A stretch of 40,119 bases of DNA from assembly GCA_020721385.1 (NCBI GenBank), contig DYMW01000001.1, positions 1-40,119 of the forward strand, read 5' to 3'. This DNA comes from Sulfurovum sp. Its GTDB lineage: Bacteria; Campylobacterota; Campylobacteria; Campylobacterales; Sulfurovaceae. The number at the start of each line of letters is the position of its first letter. The stretch's first letter is position 1. Below are positions 19,471 to 29,341 of the stretch, piece by piece. The notes beneath the pieces are model-generated. The model was not told the origin of the DNA and did no database searches. It saw nothing but the letters and a program-made list of their open reading frames with translations. Position numbers and translations under genes: made by a program.

Positions 19471-21728
19471 ATTAGATTCCCTACCCTTTCTAATTTTACT
19501 TGACTAAATCTGTAAGAGGATAGCAAAGCACTACTTAATCCCATATCAAATGTAGGATTAAGTGCAATGGTACCTTTTAAAGATGTATCAATCTTAAACA
19601 CTCTTTCAAATTTAACCCCATCAATGGTGTAACCTATCGTATCACCATCACGTAATTTACCTGCTGTTGCAAATTGTTGTGAACCCAAAAGATACTTGTC
19701 TTGATTCAATGTTTTACATTGTTCTGTTAAAGGTGTAAATTGGTCAATATGATTACAATTATACACCACCACACCATCCAATCCTCGTATCTCTTCAATA
19801 TCTTCTATCTTTCGATTGGCTGATGCTTTTTGAGCTTTTAACAGATACCCTCTGTTTTCATTACCCATGGCATCAAAATAGTTCGGTAAAGCATCAAATT
19901 CTGCTGATTCAAACCCTTTATCCTTAGGTAATTGCTCCGTATAATTAATGGTATACGTTTCATTTAATCCCAAAGCATTGGCAATATCATTTAACACATA
20001 TCCACCATACGTACGTGCCACATGGGTTGGTACTACTCTTTTATCTATTGAAGTTAAAGTTCCCTCTTGTTGATTCATGGCTGGCATATCCAAATCACCT
20101 TCACCAAATGATGAAAGCGTAAAATCACCTTTGACATTATAGCCAACCGTTAAACCTTCCACTGCATCATCAAGTTCACAAATCAATGAAACACCCAATG
20201 CATTGGTGGTTGGTGGAACCAATACCACATTAAATCCAGCCAAGTGTTCTAAAAGTCCAAGCAATTTAGCAATATTACTGGCTCTTGGATGGGCATACAC
20301 ATCAGCACCCACCACCAAAGAGAATCCAGATTTTTTCAGTAATGATTTTGCCAATGCCTCCAATTCTTCTTCGCCAATATTGGTTTCAGCACTCAAATTA
20401 CCGATGTCTAAATTGTCCAACATCGTTTGAATGCCTTTAGGCACTTTTATATCTTTAAGTAATGTATAGGTCAACAGTGCTGCCACACCCTCTTCTGACC
20501 CTGCTTCATACTTAATAAACTGTGTAACCACGTTTTGCATCAATGTATCTTCTACTGGATGCATATAAGCAACTCTTGCACGATGCCATTTACTTGCCAT
20601 ATTGATGTGGTATTTCACCATTGGATTATCGTTATTAATACGTGTTCCCATTACAATAATCCCACGTGATTGGCTCAATGCTTTTAAGTTACCACTATAA
20701 AGCGTTGAACCTGTCACTTCTGAATAGGCTTTTAAGAATGTTTGATAATCTTTTGCCTCTTTAGAGACCAAGTTATACCCTTTAAGCTCTTTTAATTTTT
20801 GTAAAATCAACGCCTCTTCATTCGAAATATTTGAACTAAACTGAATGTTTTTTGCTTCACCAAAGGCTTTAACTGCTTGATTGAATGCCTCTTTATCTTT
20901 GCTAACATTTTCATTGGCAAAATCAAAACCAAAACGTCCTGCACCACAAAGATTGCTGTGTTCTGCATTGTTGGTGACTCTATAAACTTTATCATGCTTG
21001 ACCTCATAATCCAACTGACAAGCCGAACTACAATGCGAACAAGAAGCAGGAACTTTATCCAACTCCCAAGCATTGGCAGTGTATTTAAAATCGGTACTCA
21101 CCAACGCACCAACAGGACAAACTGCAGCCGCTTCACCCAATGAACTGAAGTTTTGATTTTCTTTAACATTTAAAATGGTCGATGAGTATCCACCAAAATG
21201 GACTTTTAATGCCTCATCACCTGTAATCTCAGTAGAGACACGCACACACTTCTCACACATAATACACAAAGCAGGGTCATAAGAGATATGCCCCCAATTC
21301 TGAACAGGACGAAAAGGCTCTTTGGTGGTAAAATTTTGTCCACTTACCCCAAACTCCATGGTCTTATTTTGAAGGTCACACTCTCCACTCTTATCACATA
21401 CTCCACACTCTAAAGGATGATTCACGTTATAGAGTTTCATAATATTTTGACGTTCTTTGTAAAGCTGAGAATTTTGCGTATGAATTACCGCACCATTTGT
21501 TGCTTTCTCTTGGCAGGAAAGAATCAAACCATCCACACCTTCAACATCAACCACACACATACGACATGATGCAATTGGTAGTACTTTGGTGAGGTAACAC
21601 ATGGTGGGGATATAAATATCATTCTCTCTAGCAATCTCTAAAATGGTCTGTCCAAACACACCTGAACACGCTTTTCCATCAATGGTTAAGTTAATTGTTT
21701 TAGGTTTTATATCTCTTATATTGCTCAT
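19467..21728 (-). CDS. nuoG: NADH-quinone oxidoreductase subunit G, proximal copy coupled to the flavoprotein gene
   Basis: N1b (IPTMCY...SCRMC...SC), N5 (HPLECGVCDKSGEC), CIMCEKC...VCP (N4 only), N7-type CSHCSSAC...LCGAGRFG. Start moved from 21767 to 21728 (TAATG overlap with the upstream gene). Confidence 0.88.
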   Translation of the reverse strand: MSNIRDIKPKTINLTIDGKACSGVFGQTILEIARENDIYIPTMCYLTKVLPIASCRMCVVDVEGVDGLILSCQEKATNGAVIHTQNSQLYKERQNIMKLYNVNHPLECGVCDKSGECDLQNKTMEFGVSGQNFTTKEPFRPVQNWGHISYDPALCIMCEKCVRVSTEITGDEALKVHFGGYSSTILNVKENQNFSSLGEAAAVCPVGALVSTDFKYTANAWELDKVPASCSHCSSACQLDYEVKHDKVYRVTNNAEHSNLCGAGRFGFDFANENVSKDKEAFNQAVKAFGEAKNIQFSSNISNEEALILQKLKELKGYNLVSKEAKDYQTFLKAYSEVTGSTLYSGNLKALSQSRGIIVMGTRINNDNPMVKYHINMASKWHRARVAYMHPVEDTLMQNVVTQFIKYEAGSEEGVAALLTYTLLKDIKVPKGIQTMLDNLDIGNLSAETNIGEEELEALAKSLLKKSGFSLVVGADVYAHPRASNIAKLLGLLEHLAGFNVVLVPPTTNALGVSLICELDDAVEGLTVGYNVKGDFTLSSFGEGDLDMPAMNQQEGTLTSIDKRVVPTHVARTYGGYVLNDIANALGLNETYTINYTEQLPKDKGFESAEFDALPNYFDAMGNENRGYLLKAQKASANRKIEDIEEIRGLDGVVVYNCNHIDQFTPLTEQCKTLNQDKYLLGSQQFATAGKLRDGDTIGYTIDGVKFERVFKIDTSLKGTIALNPTFDMGLSSALLSSYRFSQVKLERVGNLI

Positions 21729-23737
21729 TATACTGCCACCATTGAAATATAATAACATCGCATACACCGTTCAGCCTCTGCGATTGCCTCTTCACCTGTG
21801 AAACCTAAGTTTACCTCTTTGTTGTTGGTTTTACGCTCATCAACACCAAGTTTTTCACTATGATTTCTAGGTATTCCAGGCATCCAACCTGTCACTTTCT
21901 CTTTTTTATCATACACTTTAAGTCGACTCAAATGGTCTTCCATAATCTCATCATCCAATAAAGTACACTCACCAGAGTAGATATAACGACCAATCACCGA
22001 AGCGGCTCGTCTTGCTTGACCTACTGCATTGACAATCGTCATTGGACCATATTCACAGTCACCTGCAGCAAAAAGACCAGGACGTGAAGTCATGTAATCT
22101 TTACCGTTGGTTAACATCGTATTCCATGATGTAAGCTCAACATTCCACTCTTTAGGAATCAATTGCAAATCGGTAGCTTGAGAAACGGCAGGAATTAAAT
22201 AATCACACTCTATCTCAAAGTCACCATCTTCATGTTTCACCAATTGAGGTCGTCCACCATTAGGATCGGATACCAACTCATATTGATTAACCTTAAGCTT
22301 GATAATCTTCTCCCCATCATCAAAAATCTCTTCAATGGCTGAATAGAAAATAAACTCAACACCTTCTTCAACGGCTTCATGATACTCTTCATACGTTGTA
22401 TTGCTAATAATGGTCTTTTCATCACGACGATAAAGCATATACACTTTTTTAGCTCCTTCACGAATGGAACAACGCACCACGTCCATGGAGGTAAATCCAC
22501 CACCAACACACACCACCGTTTTGTCTTTTAGCTCGTTGGAGGCGGGGCTTCCAATACCATATTTATGCCACAAGTTCACTTTATCAAGCATGGCAATAGC
22601 ACCCCAATAACCACCCATTTTTGGGTTCTCATTATTGGCATAGACTTTTTTAGAGAGTCGTGTACCAAAACTAAGCAAGGTAGCATCATATTGGGCATCT
22701 ATCTCTTTAAGACGCTCTGCATCAACGCGATGATTATTGGTAATGGTTACCGCTTCCATCTCTAAGACCAAATCAATATCTTTATTGTATTTGTCAATTG
22801 GCATTCTGTATTCAGGAACACCTACTGCAACTTCACCACCATTCACAGGTAGCTCTTCAAAAATGTCAACTTTAATACCCTCTAATGCCAAATAATATGC
22901 AGCCGTAAGACCAGCAGGACCAGCACCAATAATGGCTACTTTTTTCCCATCATCTCTAAGTGGTTTTGGTTCATAAGGATGTTGCCAAGGCAGACCATGA
23001 TCCGTCTCATAATCAGCACCCAATCGTTTAAGTTCCATAATCGAAATAGGCTCATCAAGATTTATACGTCTGCACGCATCTTCACAAGGGTGTGGACAAA
23101 CACGTCCACACGTATGTGCCAAGGGCATGGTTTGACGTGTTGCTGCCAATGAATCGGTCAAGACCATGTCTCTTACACCCTCAATATAGGCAGGAATATC
23201 CACATGTGCAGGACACATATCGGTACAAGGTGCGGTTACTTTAGCAATATACGAAATGTCTCCTTCATAATGAATAGAGGCAACTTGATTGTCAATACAG
23301 GTATCAAACTGCTCTTTATAATGCTCCATTAAATCCAAAATAGGTTTAGGAACTGTACGTCCAATCTCACATTTTGATGTCACCATCATGGTCTGTGAAA
23401 TCTCTTTCAGATGAGAAATATCATTATGACTTCCCTCACCTCGTGCTATTTTGTCGAGTAAATCATAAAGAATTCTACCACCCCAACGACCTGGAGCACA
23501 ACGACCACATGCTTCAGAGTACTCTTGGTACTGTGCTGCATAATGTGTTGCCAAGACAACAGCATCTATATTTTCATCAAAAATGGCAACACCATCCCAA
23601 CCTATAAATGCTTTGGAGTCCCGCTCTCCATGATACGTTTCAGGCAGTTTAAAACCCGACTCACTCCACTCTTGTGATGGTTTACCGCGATTGTCGATAA
23701 ACTCATCATTCCAAGTAGAGAACAGTAGTTTTGCCAT
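21728..23737 (-). CDS. FAD/Fe-S oxidoreductase, GltD/SfrB-like (NADPH-type), with an N-terminal NuoF-like Fe-S domain
   Basis: EACGRCAPGRWG...SKCEIG (NuoF N3-like); APCTDMCP...TCGRVCPHPCEDAC (GltD clusters); GAGPAG FAD site; GGGFTSMD...YRR NADP-type site; C-terminal EAERCMRC. Confidence 0.88.
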   Translation of the reverse strand: MAKLLFSTWNDEFIDNRGKPSQEWSESGFKLPETYHGERDSKAFIGWDGVAIFDENIDAVVLATHYAAQYQEYSEACGRCAPGRWGGRILYDLLDKIARGEGSHNDISHLKEISQTMMVTSKCEIGRTVPKPILDLMEHYKEQFDTCIDNQVASIHYEGDISYIAKVTAPCTDMCPAHVDIPAYIEGVRDMVLTDSLAATRQTMPLAHTCGRVCPHPCEDACRRINLDEPISIMELKRLGADYETDHGLPWQHPYEPKPLRDDGKKVAIIGAGPAGLTAAYYLALEGIKVDIFEELPVNGGEVAVGVPEYRMPIDKYNKDIDLVLEMEAVTITNNHRVDAERLKEIDAQYDATLLSFGTRLSKKVYANNENPKMGGYWGAIAMLDKVNLWHKYGIGSPASNELKDKTVVCVGGGFTSMDVVRCSIREGAKKVYMLYRRDEKTIISNTTYEEYHEAVEEGVEFIFYSAIEEIFDDGEKIIKLKVNQYELVSDPNGGRPQLVKHEDGDFEIECDYLIPAVSQATDLQLIPKEWNVELTSWNTMLTNGKDYMTSRPGLFAAGDCEYGPMTIVNAVGQARRAASVIGRYIYSGECTLLDDEIMEDHLSRLKVYDKKEKVTGWMPGIPRNHSEKLGVDERKTNNKEVNLGFTGEEAIAEAERCMRCYYISMVAV

Positions 23738-23970
23738 TATTTAGCCTTTTTAACCACGATGGTCCAGTCAACTTCATTAAATTTAATTGAGTTCATCAGT
23801 TCAAATCCCTCTTTCTCTTTAATCAAATCTGCAGATTTCTGAATGGAAGAGTAGTCGCCTACCTCAAAAAGAAAAATTCCTACTTCACCAGCTTGGAGTC
23901 CCGTATCAAGGAGTTCATCCATTCTGTCGTAAAAATTTTCATGTAAATGTCTTAAATCATATCTTTGCAT
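23737..23970 (-). CDS. nuoE: Epsilonproteobacterial small NuoE-position subunit (NuoX / Cj1575c-HP1264-like), no Fe-S
   Basis: 77 aa, no Cys; RYDLR, FLFEVGD and NSIKFNEVDWTIVVKK resemble the Campylobacter/Helicobacter protein found after nuoD (recalled family). It is not a canonical NuoE. Confidence 0.75.
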   Translation of the reverse strand: MQRYDLRHLHENFYDRMDELLDTGLQAGEVGIFLFEVGDYSSIQKSADLIKEKEGFELMNSIKFNEVDWTIVVKKAK

Positions 23971-23979
23971 CAGAACCCC

Positions 23980-25209
23980 TTATCTATCAACTTCACCAAA
24001 TACAATATTGGTTGAACCAATAATTGTAACAACATCTGCGATATACGTACCTACTAAAATCTCTTGAAGCAACCCTGTATGGAAGAAGCTAGGTGCTCTA
24101 CATTTAAGTCGATAAGCATACGGCTCACCCTCTGATTTAATATAGAATCCAAGTTCCCCTTTAGGCGACTCTGTTGGAACATACACTTCTCCTTTTGGAG
24201 GTCTCATCCCTTGCGTTACAAGCACAAAGTGTTGCATTAATGCGTAGTTTTGTGTCATAATTTCCTCTTTAGGAGCCGAGATATATCGTGGTGCATGTGC
24301 CATCAGTTGTGGCTCTGTTCCATCATACTTTAGAATCAATTGTCTAATCATCTTGGTTGACTCTTTTATTTCGGCCATATAAAGTCTATAACGACCATAC
24401 GAGTCATTGGTATCTGCTATAGGAATATCAAAATCCAATTCAGAGTAAAGCTCATACGGCTCCTCTTTACGAATATCATAAGCAATCCCACTTCCTCTAA
24501 GCATTGGACCTGTACACCCCCATGAAAGTGCATCTTCTGGTGTTAATACTCCAACATTCTCCAAACGCATTTTCCAAATTCTGTTCTCTTGTAAAAGAGC
24601 ATTATACGTATGCTCTAATTCATAATCGACTTTATCACAGAATGCTCTCATGTTGACCATCCATCCTGCTGGTAAGTCCAAAGGAACTCCACCAATTCTA
24701 ACCGATGAATGCGTCAATCTTGCTCCACAGTAATCTTCCATTAAGTCCATCGCAAACTCACGCTCACGGAATGCATACAAAAATACCGACATTGCACCAA
24801 CATCCAATGCATGCGTAGCAACAAAGAAAAGGTGCGAGATAACTCTATTGAGTTCAAGCAACATCGTTCTAATCACTTGAGCTCTTCGTGGTGCTTCAAT
24901 ACCAAGCAATTTCTCAACAGCTATGGCATACGCATAGTTGTTAGAAGTAGAGGCAATATAATCAAGTCTATCGGTGGTTGGTAAAAACTCATTATAGGTC
25001 ATGTTTTCAGCCATCTTTTCAATACCACGGTGAAGGTAACCAATATCAGGATAGGCTTTAACCACCTGCTCACCATCAAGCTCTAAAACCAGTCGTAACT
25101 GACCATGAGCTGAGGGGTGCTGTGGACCAAAGTTAATAACCATCGTATTGTCATCACGCTCAAAATTGAGGTTTTCAAAAAATGGGGTTAATTTATTAGG
25201 TTGTTGCAT
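23980..25209 (-). CDS. nuoD: NADH-quinone oxidoreductase subunit D
   Basis: [40 protein letters not shown]. Confidence 0.96.
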   Translation of the reverse strand: MQQPNKLTPFFENLNFERDDNTMVINFGPQHPSAHGQLRLVLELDGEQVVKAYPDIGYLHRGIEKMAENMTYNEFLPTTDRLDYIASTSNNYAYAIAVEKLLGIEAPRRAQVIRTMLLELNRVISHLFFVATHALDVGAMSVFLYAFREREFAMDLMEDYCGARLTHSSVRIGGVPLDLPAGWMVNMRAFCDKVDYELEHTYNALLQENRIWKMRLENVGVLTPEDALSWGCTGPMLRGSGIAYDIRKEEPYELYSELDFDIPIADTNDSYGRYRLYMAEIKESTKMIRQLILKYDGTEPQLMAHAPRYISAPKEEIMTQNYALMQHFVLVTQGMRPPKGEVYVPTESPKGELGFYIKSEGEPYAYRLKCRAPSFFHTGLLQEILVGTYIADVVTIIGSTNIVFGEVDR

Positions 25210-25218
25210 ACTCTACCT

Positions 25219-26010
25219 CTACTTTCTGTTGTCCAGTTGTTTACCACTATTTTTAGTGTAATCAACCAACAATGTTTTACTGTACTCAATTTCTGTTTTG
25301 GTCTCACCTTTAGAAATATCTGCACCAAATGGAACTTCATAACCAACTCTTGAAAAACGTTTTGTATCGTATCTTTCAATCTTGGCTTGATCTCTGTTTT
25401 CTGGTCCAATTGCCTCTCTGGCATCTTTTCCAAAAATTTTATCCACCTCATACCATGATGCAAACTCATCCCCCTGTAATGGATAGGTTTTCAGAAGTGG
25501 GTGACCTTCCCAATCATCAGGCATTAAAATTCTTTTCATAAATGGATGGTTGTTAGAAACAATTCCAAACATATCAAACATCTCACGCTCTGCAAAGTTT
25601 GCCGATTTATAAAGGGGTACTACCGATTCAACCGCTTGACCTTTGGCGACACGACAGACCACACGCATTCTTTTAACATCTTTTAAATTTAACAATTGAT
25701 AAAAAACTTCAAAATTTCCATTTTTTGCCAAATAATCAACCGCGCTCATCTCTGAAAGCATGGCATAGTCACACTCATTTTTTAGTGTCTCTAAGGCAAT
25801 AAAGTTATCTTCGGCATTGATTTCAACAATCATTTGACCCAACATAATTTTGGCTGACTTTACAGCCACTTTTGCTTTTAAAATTTCCAACTGCTTTGCA
25901 AAAACTTCATCACTCTCAACCGCAAATGTTGGTACTGAGGGAACCACATGGTATCTATTGGTATAATAAGCTTTTTTTTGTACATTATCTTTTGGAGTAT
26001 ATTTTCTCAT
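25219..26010 (-). CDS. nuoC: NADH-quinone oxidoreductase subunit C
   Basis: ANFAEREMFDMFGI, RILMPDDWEGHPLLKTYP. Confidence 0.95.
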   Translation of the reverse strand: MRKYTPKDNVQKKAYYTNRYHVVPSVPTFAVESDEVFAKQLEILKAKVAVKSAKIMLGQMIVEINAEDNFIALETLKNECDYAMLSEMSAVDYLAKNGNFEVFYQLLNLKDVKRMRVVCRVAKGQAVESVVPLYKSANFAEREMFDMFGIVSNNHPFMKRILMPDDWEGHPLLKTYPLQGDEFASWYEVDKIFGKDAREAIGPENRDQAKIERYDTKRFSRVGYEVPFGADISKGETKTEIEYSKTLLVDYTKNSGKQLDNRK

Positions 26011-26011
26011 C

Positions 26012-26530
26012 TTATATCAACCTCAAATTTGATTTTGTATTCTTTTTCATGTTGGCTGACTCTCGTCTAATCTTCTTTTGAAGCATCATCAACGCATACT
26101 GTAACGTTTCAGGTCTTGGAGCACAACCTGGAAGATAAATATCAACAGGAACAATTCTATCTACCCCTTGAACCGTTGCATAGGTATTAAACATACCACC
26201 TGTGTTGGCACATGAACCCATTGAAATCACCCATTTAGGTTCTGTCATTTGGTCATAAAGTCTTCGTGCAAATTCAGCGTGTTTTTTAGACAATGTTCCT
26301 GCCAAAATCATCACATCGGCTTGTCGTGGACTTGCTCTAAAGATGGTTCCCATTCTATCAAAATCGTATCTTGAAGCTCCTGATGCCATCATCTCAATCG
26401 CACAACATGCGAGTCCATACGTTAAAGGCCAAAGTGAATTACTTCGCCCCCAGTTCACCAAATGATCAACCGTAGTCAATGCTACGGGTAAGCCTCCAGC
26501 TGAGGCATAATTTACTTGATGCTGTGCCAT
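26012..26530 (-). CDS. nuoB: NADH-quinone oxidoreductase subunit B
   Basis: [36 protein letters not shown] (N2 ligands). Confidence 0.96.
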   Translation of the reverse strand: MAQHQVNYASAGGLPVALTTVDHLVNWGRSNSLWPLTYGLACCAIEMMASGASRYDFDRMGTIFRASPRQADVMILAGTLSKKHAEFARRLYDQMTEPKWVISMGSCANTGGMFNTYATVQGVDRIVPVDIYLPGCAPRPETLQYALMMLQKKIRRESANMKKNTKSNLRLI

Positions 26531-26901
26531 TCAAGTGCTCCTTTTTTCCATGCGTAAATAAATCCGATTGTTAAAAGCAAGATAAACAGAACCATCTCTG
26601 CAAATCCAAACCAACTCAAAAGCTTAAAGTCAATAGCCCAAGGGAACATAAAGATAATCTCTACATCAAAAAGAATAAACAAGAGTGCTATTAGATAGAA
26701 CTGTGTTGAAATGGTATTGGGCTGTTTCGTTACCTCTGGTCCACACTCATAGATTGTTAACTTTAACTTCTCCGTGTCAAGCTTTGCCAATTTTCTACTT
26801 ATGATTCTTGCTACCATCAGTGTTGCATTAAATGCAACGACAGTTACCACGAACAAGAAGAAGATACCTAAATAGGGGTGATTGTTAATCACATGAGTCA
26901 T
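26512..26901 (-). CDS. nuoA: NADH-quinone oxidoreductase subunit A
   Basis: [30 protein letters not shown]. Start moved from 26949 to the ATG at 26901, which has an AGGAG RBS. Confidence 0.95.
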   Translation of the reverse strand: MTHVINNHPYLGIFFLFVVTVVAFNATLMVARIISRKLAKLDTEKLKLTIYECGPEVTKQPNTISTQFYLIALLFILFDVEIIFMFPWAIDFKLLSWFGFAEMVLFILLLTIGFIYAWKKGALEWHSIK

Positions 26902-27044
26902 TCGAACTCCTTTGTTAAAGATGTTATTCTTTGTTACCATTTTCCACAAGGTGATTAAAGAAAAGGAAGAATATTACATTTATAGTATCCAAAATTCATT
27001 AAATAAATTGTGAAATTAGTGTCTATTCAGGGGATAAAAATGCT

Positions 27045-27063
27045 TTGTAACCAAGTGTTACAA
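27045..27063. promoter_or_regulatory. Palindromic candidate operator between nuoA and the response regulator
   Basis: TTGTAAC-CAAGT-GTTACAA, perfect 7-bp arms with a 5-bp spacer. Confidence 0.45.
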
Positions 27064-27140
27064 TAGCATCTTTTATTAGGGTGAAAAAGAGAAAAAAGAT
27101 TATTTTTTTATGCGTAAAAAAAGGAAAAATACTCTATTCT

Positions 27141-27174
27141 CTACACAGCTACTACACAAATCATGGTGTATACT
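27141..27174 (+). promoter_or_regulatory. Putative promoter of the two-component operon with tandem repeat
   Basis: CTACACA at 27141 and 27152 (11-bp period), TATACT -10-like hexamer at 27169-27174, AGGAGG RBS at 27199. Confidence 0.45.
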
Positions 27175-27214
27175 ATATATTATTGACCATAAAAACCAAG
27201 GAGGTAATCTCATT

Positions 27215-27871
27215 ATGAAAATTCTATTGCTTGAAGATGACTCCTTGCTCTCAAAAATTTTAACAAAACATCTAGGACAAACCTATAATGTTATACCTGT
27301 GTATGATGGAAACAGTGCCTTAGAGATACTCGAAAATGAAAAATTTGATTTGCTTATTTTTGATTCTAATGTTCCAGGCATAACAGGGTTGGAACTGATT
27401 AAAGAGTTACGTTCTTACAACAACACCACACCCATTATTATGATTACCGCCTATCAAGATACTCTGCATCTTAAAACTGCTTTTACACATGGATGTAACG
27501 ATTATATTCGTAAACCTTTTGAACTCGATGAGCTTGATATGCGGATTGAAAACATCACCCGTACGTTTAACATTGAACAAAATCAACTCATTACCATCAG
27601 TGAAAATATCTTTTTTGATGCCCTAAACCATCAAATTTCTAAAAATGGTAAAACTTTTTTCATTGCCAAAAAAGAGAGTGAATTTTTAAACTACTTGGTT
27701 ACCAATCGTCATCGTACCATCTCCAAAGAAGAGTTGACACAAAACTTATGGTTGTATGAGAGTATGCCTAGTGATGCAACTTTGCGTGTATATATCCGAA
27801 ATTTACGTGCATTAATCGGTAAAAAAAGTATTGAAACCATTCGTGGTACAGGATATCGTCTTGTATCTTAA
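27215..27871 (+). CDS. OmpR-family response regulator
   Basis: MKILLLEDD, DLLIFD (phospho-acceptor), KPF, wHTH LRVYIRNLR...IETIRGTGY. Start moved from 27110 to 27215 (AGGAGG RBS). Confidence 0.92.
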   Translation: MKILLLEDDSLLSKILTKHLGQTYNVIPVYDGNSALEILENEKFDLLIFDSNVPGITGLELIKELRSYNNTTPIIMITAYQDTLHLKTAFTHGCNDYIRKPFELDELDMRIENITRTFNIEQNQLITISENIFFDALNHQISKNGKTFFIAKKESEFLNYLVTNRHRTISKEELTQNLWLYESMPSDATLRVYIRNLRALIGKKSIETIRGTGYRLVS

Positions 27872-29006
27872 CGAACGCCATGCTTTAGCAAGTTTTTTAT
27901 TTATTTATGTGAGTTCTTCTCTGCTGATGCTCGGGAGTATTGGTTTTTTATACTACAAAGAAAAAATTGCCACCATTGACCGATATTGTGATGTAAGTAT
28001 GGAAAACATGGCAATGCAAATTAAAATGGATATCATGAATAATCATGACATCTCTCCGCTTTTTGATGATGCTGAACGCCTAAGAATAGGACTTTTTGCT
28101 GAAAACCATCATCCCCTTGTCTCAAATCTTACCACCAAAGAGGTTGACTTTGACCAAACCAACTACACCGAAAAAACATCTGCTTTTTTTGTAAGCCAAT
28201 TTATTAATCCTAAAAACAACATCAAATATGTGGTTATTGAAGATTCAAAAGTCACCGAAGAGATGAAAGAACTTCAATCTCTTATCTGGAGTTTTATGCT
28301 GGTAGCCTCACTCTTTATCGCCTTTATTGGTTACTTTTTAAGCCGTTTACTGCTCAAACCTGTTAAAGATAATTTTGATAATCTAAACCATTTTATGAAA
28401 GACAGTGCACATGAACTCAATACACCCATTACGGCTCTGATGATGTCTGCTAATTACCTCAAAAAATCCTATGACAAAGAGATGGTGGAGCATATTTTAA
28501 TGAGTACCAAAATGGTCTCTGAAATTTACAACTCCATTGCCTATCTTGCTTTTCATGATTTGGACATTGAACATAAAGAGCCGTTTGATTTATCAGAACA
28601 TATTCAGTATTCGATTCGATATTTTAAAGAGATAGCAGGAAATAAAGAGATACTTATCAATGCCCAACTCACCCAATTTATGGTCAATATGGACAAAAAC
28701 AGCACACGAAAATTGATTAACAATCTTATTACCAATGCCATTAAATATTCTTATCCAAAAAAGAACATTACCATTATTTTAAAAGAAAATGTATTGAGCA
28801 TCACAGATGAAGGGGTAGGAATAGATAAAGAGCATCAAACAAAAATATTTCAACGCTATAAACGAATTAATAACCATGCTACGGGAGGATTTGGAATAGG
28901 ATTGGATATTGTCATGGGAATTTGTAAAACCTACAATATAAAAATAGAATTAGAATCAACCTTAGGCAAAGGAAGTACCTTTACCTTAAGATTTCCAAAA
29001 ATGTAA
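27861..29006 (+). CDS. Sensor histidine kinase
   Basis: Two TMs, H-box AHELNTP, N-box NLITNAIKYS, DEGVGI, GFGIGL, GKGSTF. The TTG start at 27861 is inferred (ORF track start 27831). Confidence 0.9.
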   Translation: MYLNERHALASFLFIYVSSSLLMLGSIGFLYYKEKIATIDRYCDVSMENMAMQIKMDIMNNHDISPLFDDAERLRIGLFAENHHPLVSNLTTKEVDFDQTNYTEKTSAFFVSQFINPKNNIKYVVIEDSKVTEEMKELQSLIWSFMLVASLFIAFIGYFLSRLLLKPVKDNFDNLNHFMKDSAHELNTPITALMMSANYLKKSYDKEMVEHILMSTKMVSEIYNSIAYLAFHDLDIEHKEPFDLSEHIQYSIRYFKEIAGNKEILINAQLTQFMVNMDKNSTRKLINNLITNAIKYSYPKKNITIILKENVLSITDEGVGIDKEHQTKIFQRYKRINNHATGGFGIGLDIVMGICKTYNIKIELESTLGKGSTFTLRFPKM

Positions 29007-29014
29007 TCCTTTTT

Positions 29015-29341
29015 CTATTTCATTCCAAAAGGATTGAGTCCACCCATCATGCCACCAAGGCTGTTCATAGCCTGAGATTTTTTATTGTCCTCAACCATTC
29101 TAAGCACATCATTCATGGCAGAAATAAGTAAAATTTGAAGCGACTCTTTGTCATCCAAAATAGAATCATCAATACTAATATCAATAATTTCTCCTCCACC
29201 ATTGGCAGTTACTTCAACCATTCCACCACCTGCTTTGGCTGTCATGGTGACGGATTTTGCCTGTGCTTCTATCTCTTTGGCTTTGGATTGTAACTCTTCT
29301 AGCATCTGACCCATTTTACTCATATCAAGACCTTCAAACAT
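29015..29341 (-). CDS. ybaB: YbaB/EbfC nucleoid-associated protein
   Basis: AGGGMVEVTANG, ISIDDSIL, LLISAMND. Confidence 0.9.
   Translation of the reverse strand: MFEGLDMSKMGQMLEELQSKAKEIEAQAKSVTMTAKAGGGMVEVTANGGGEIIDISIDDSILDDKESLQILLISAMNDVLRMVEDNKKSQAMNSLGGMMGGLNPFGMK

Noticed and set aside
17137-21728. Second nuoG as an assembly duplication, a pseudogene or a formate dehydrogenase
   Set aside because: The copies are highly diverged, both are full length with coupled starts/stops, and no molybdopterin active-site Cys/Sec motif was recognised.
21728-23737. Annotating the flavoprotein as glutamate synthase small subunit (gltD) or as nuoF
   Set aside because: No gltB is adjacent, it has an extra N-terminal domain and is embedded in the nuo operon, and it lacks the NuoF FMN-binding motifs.
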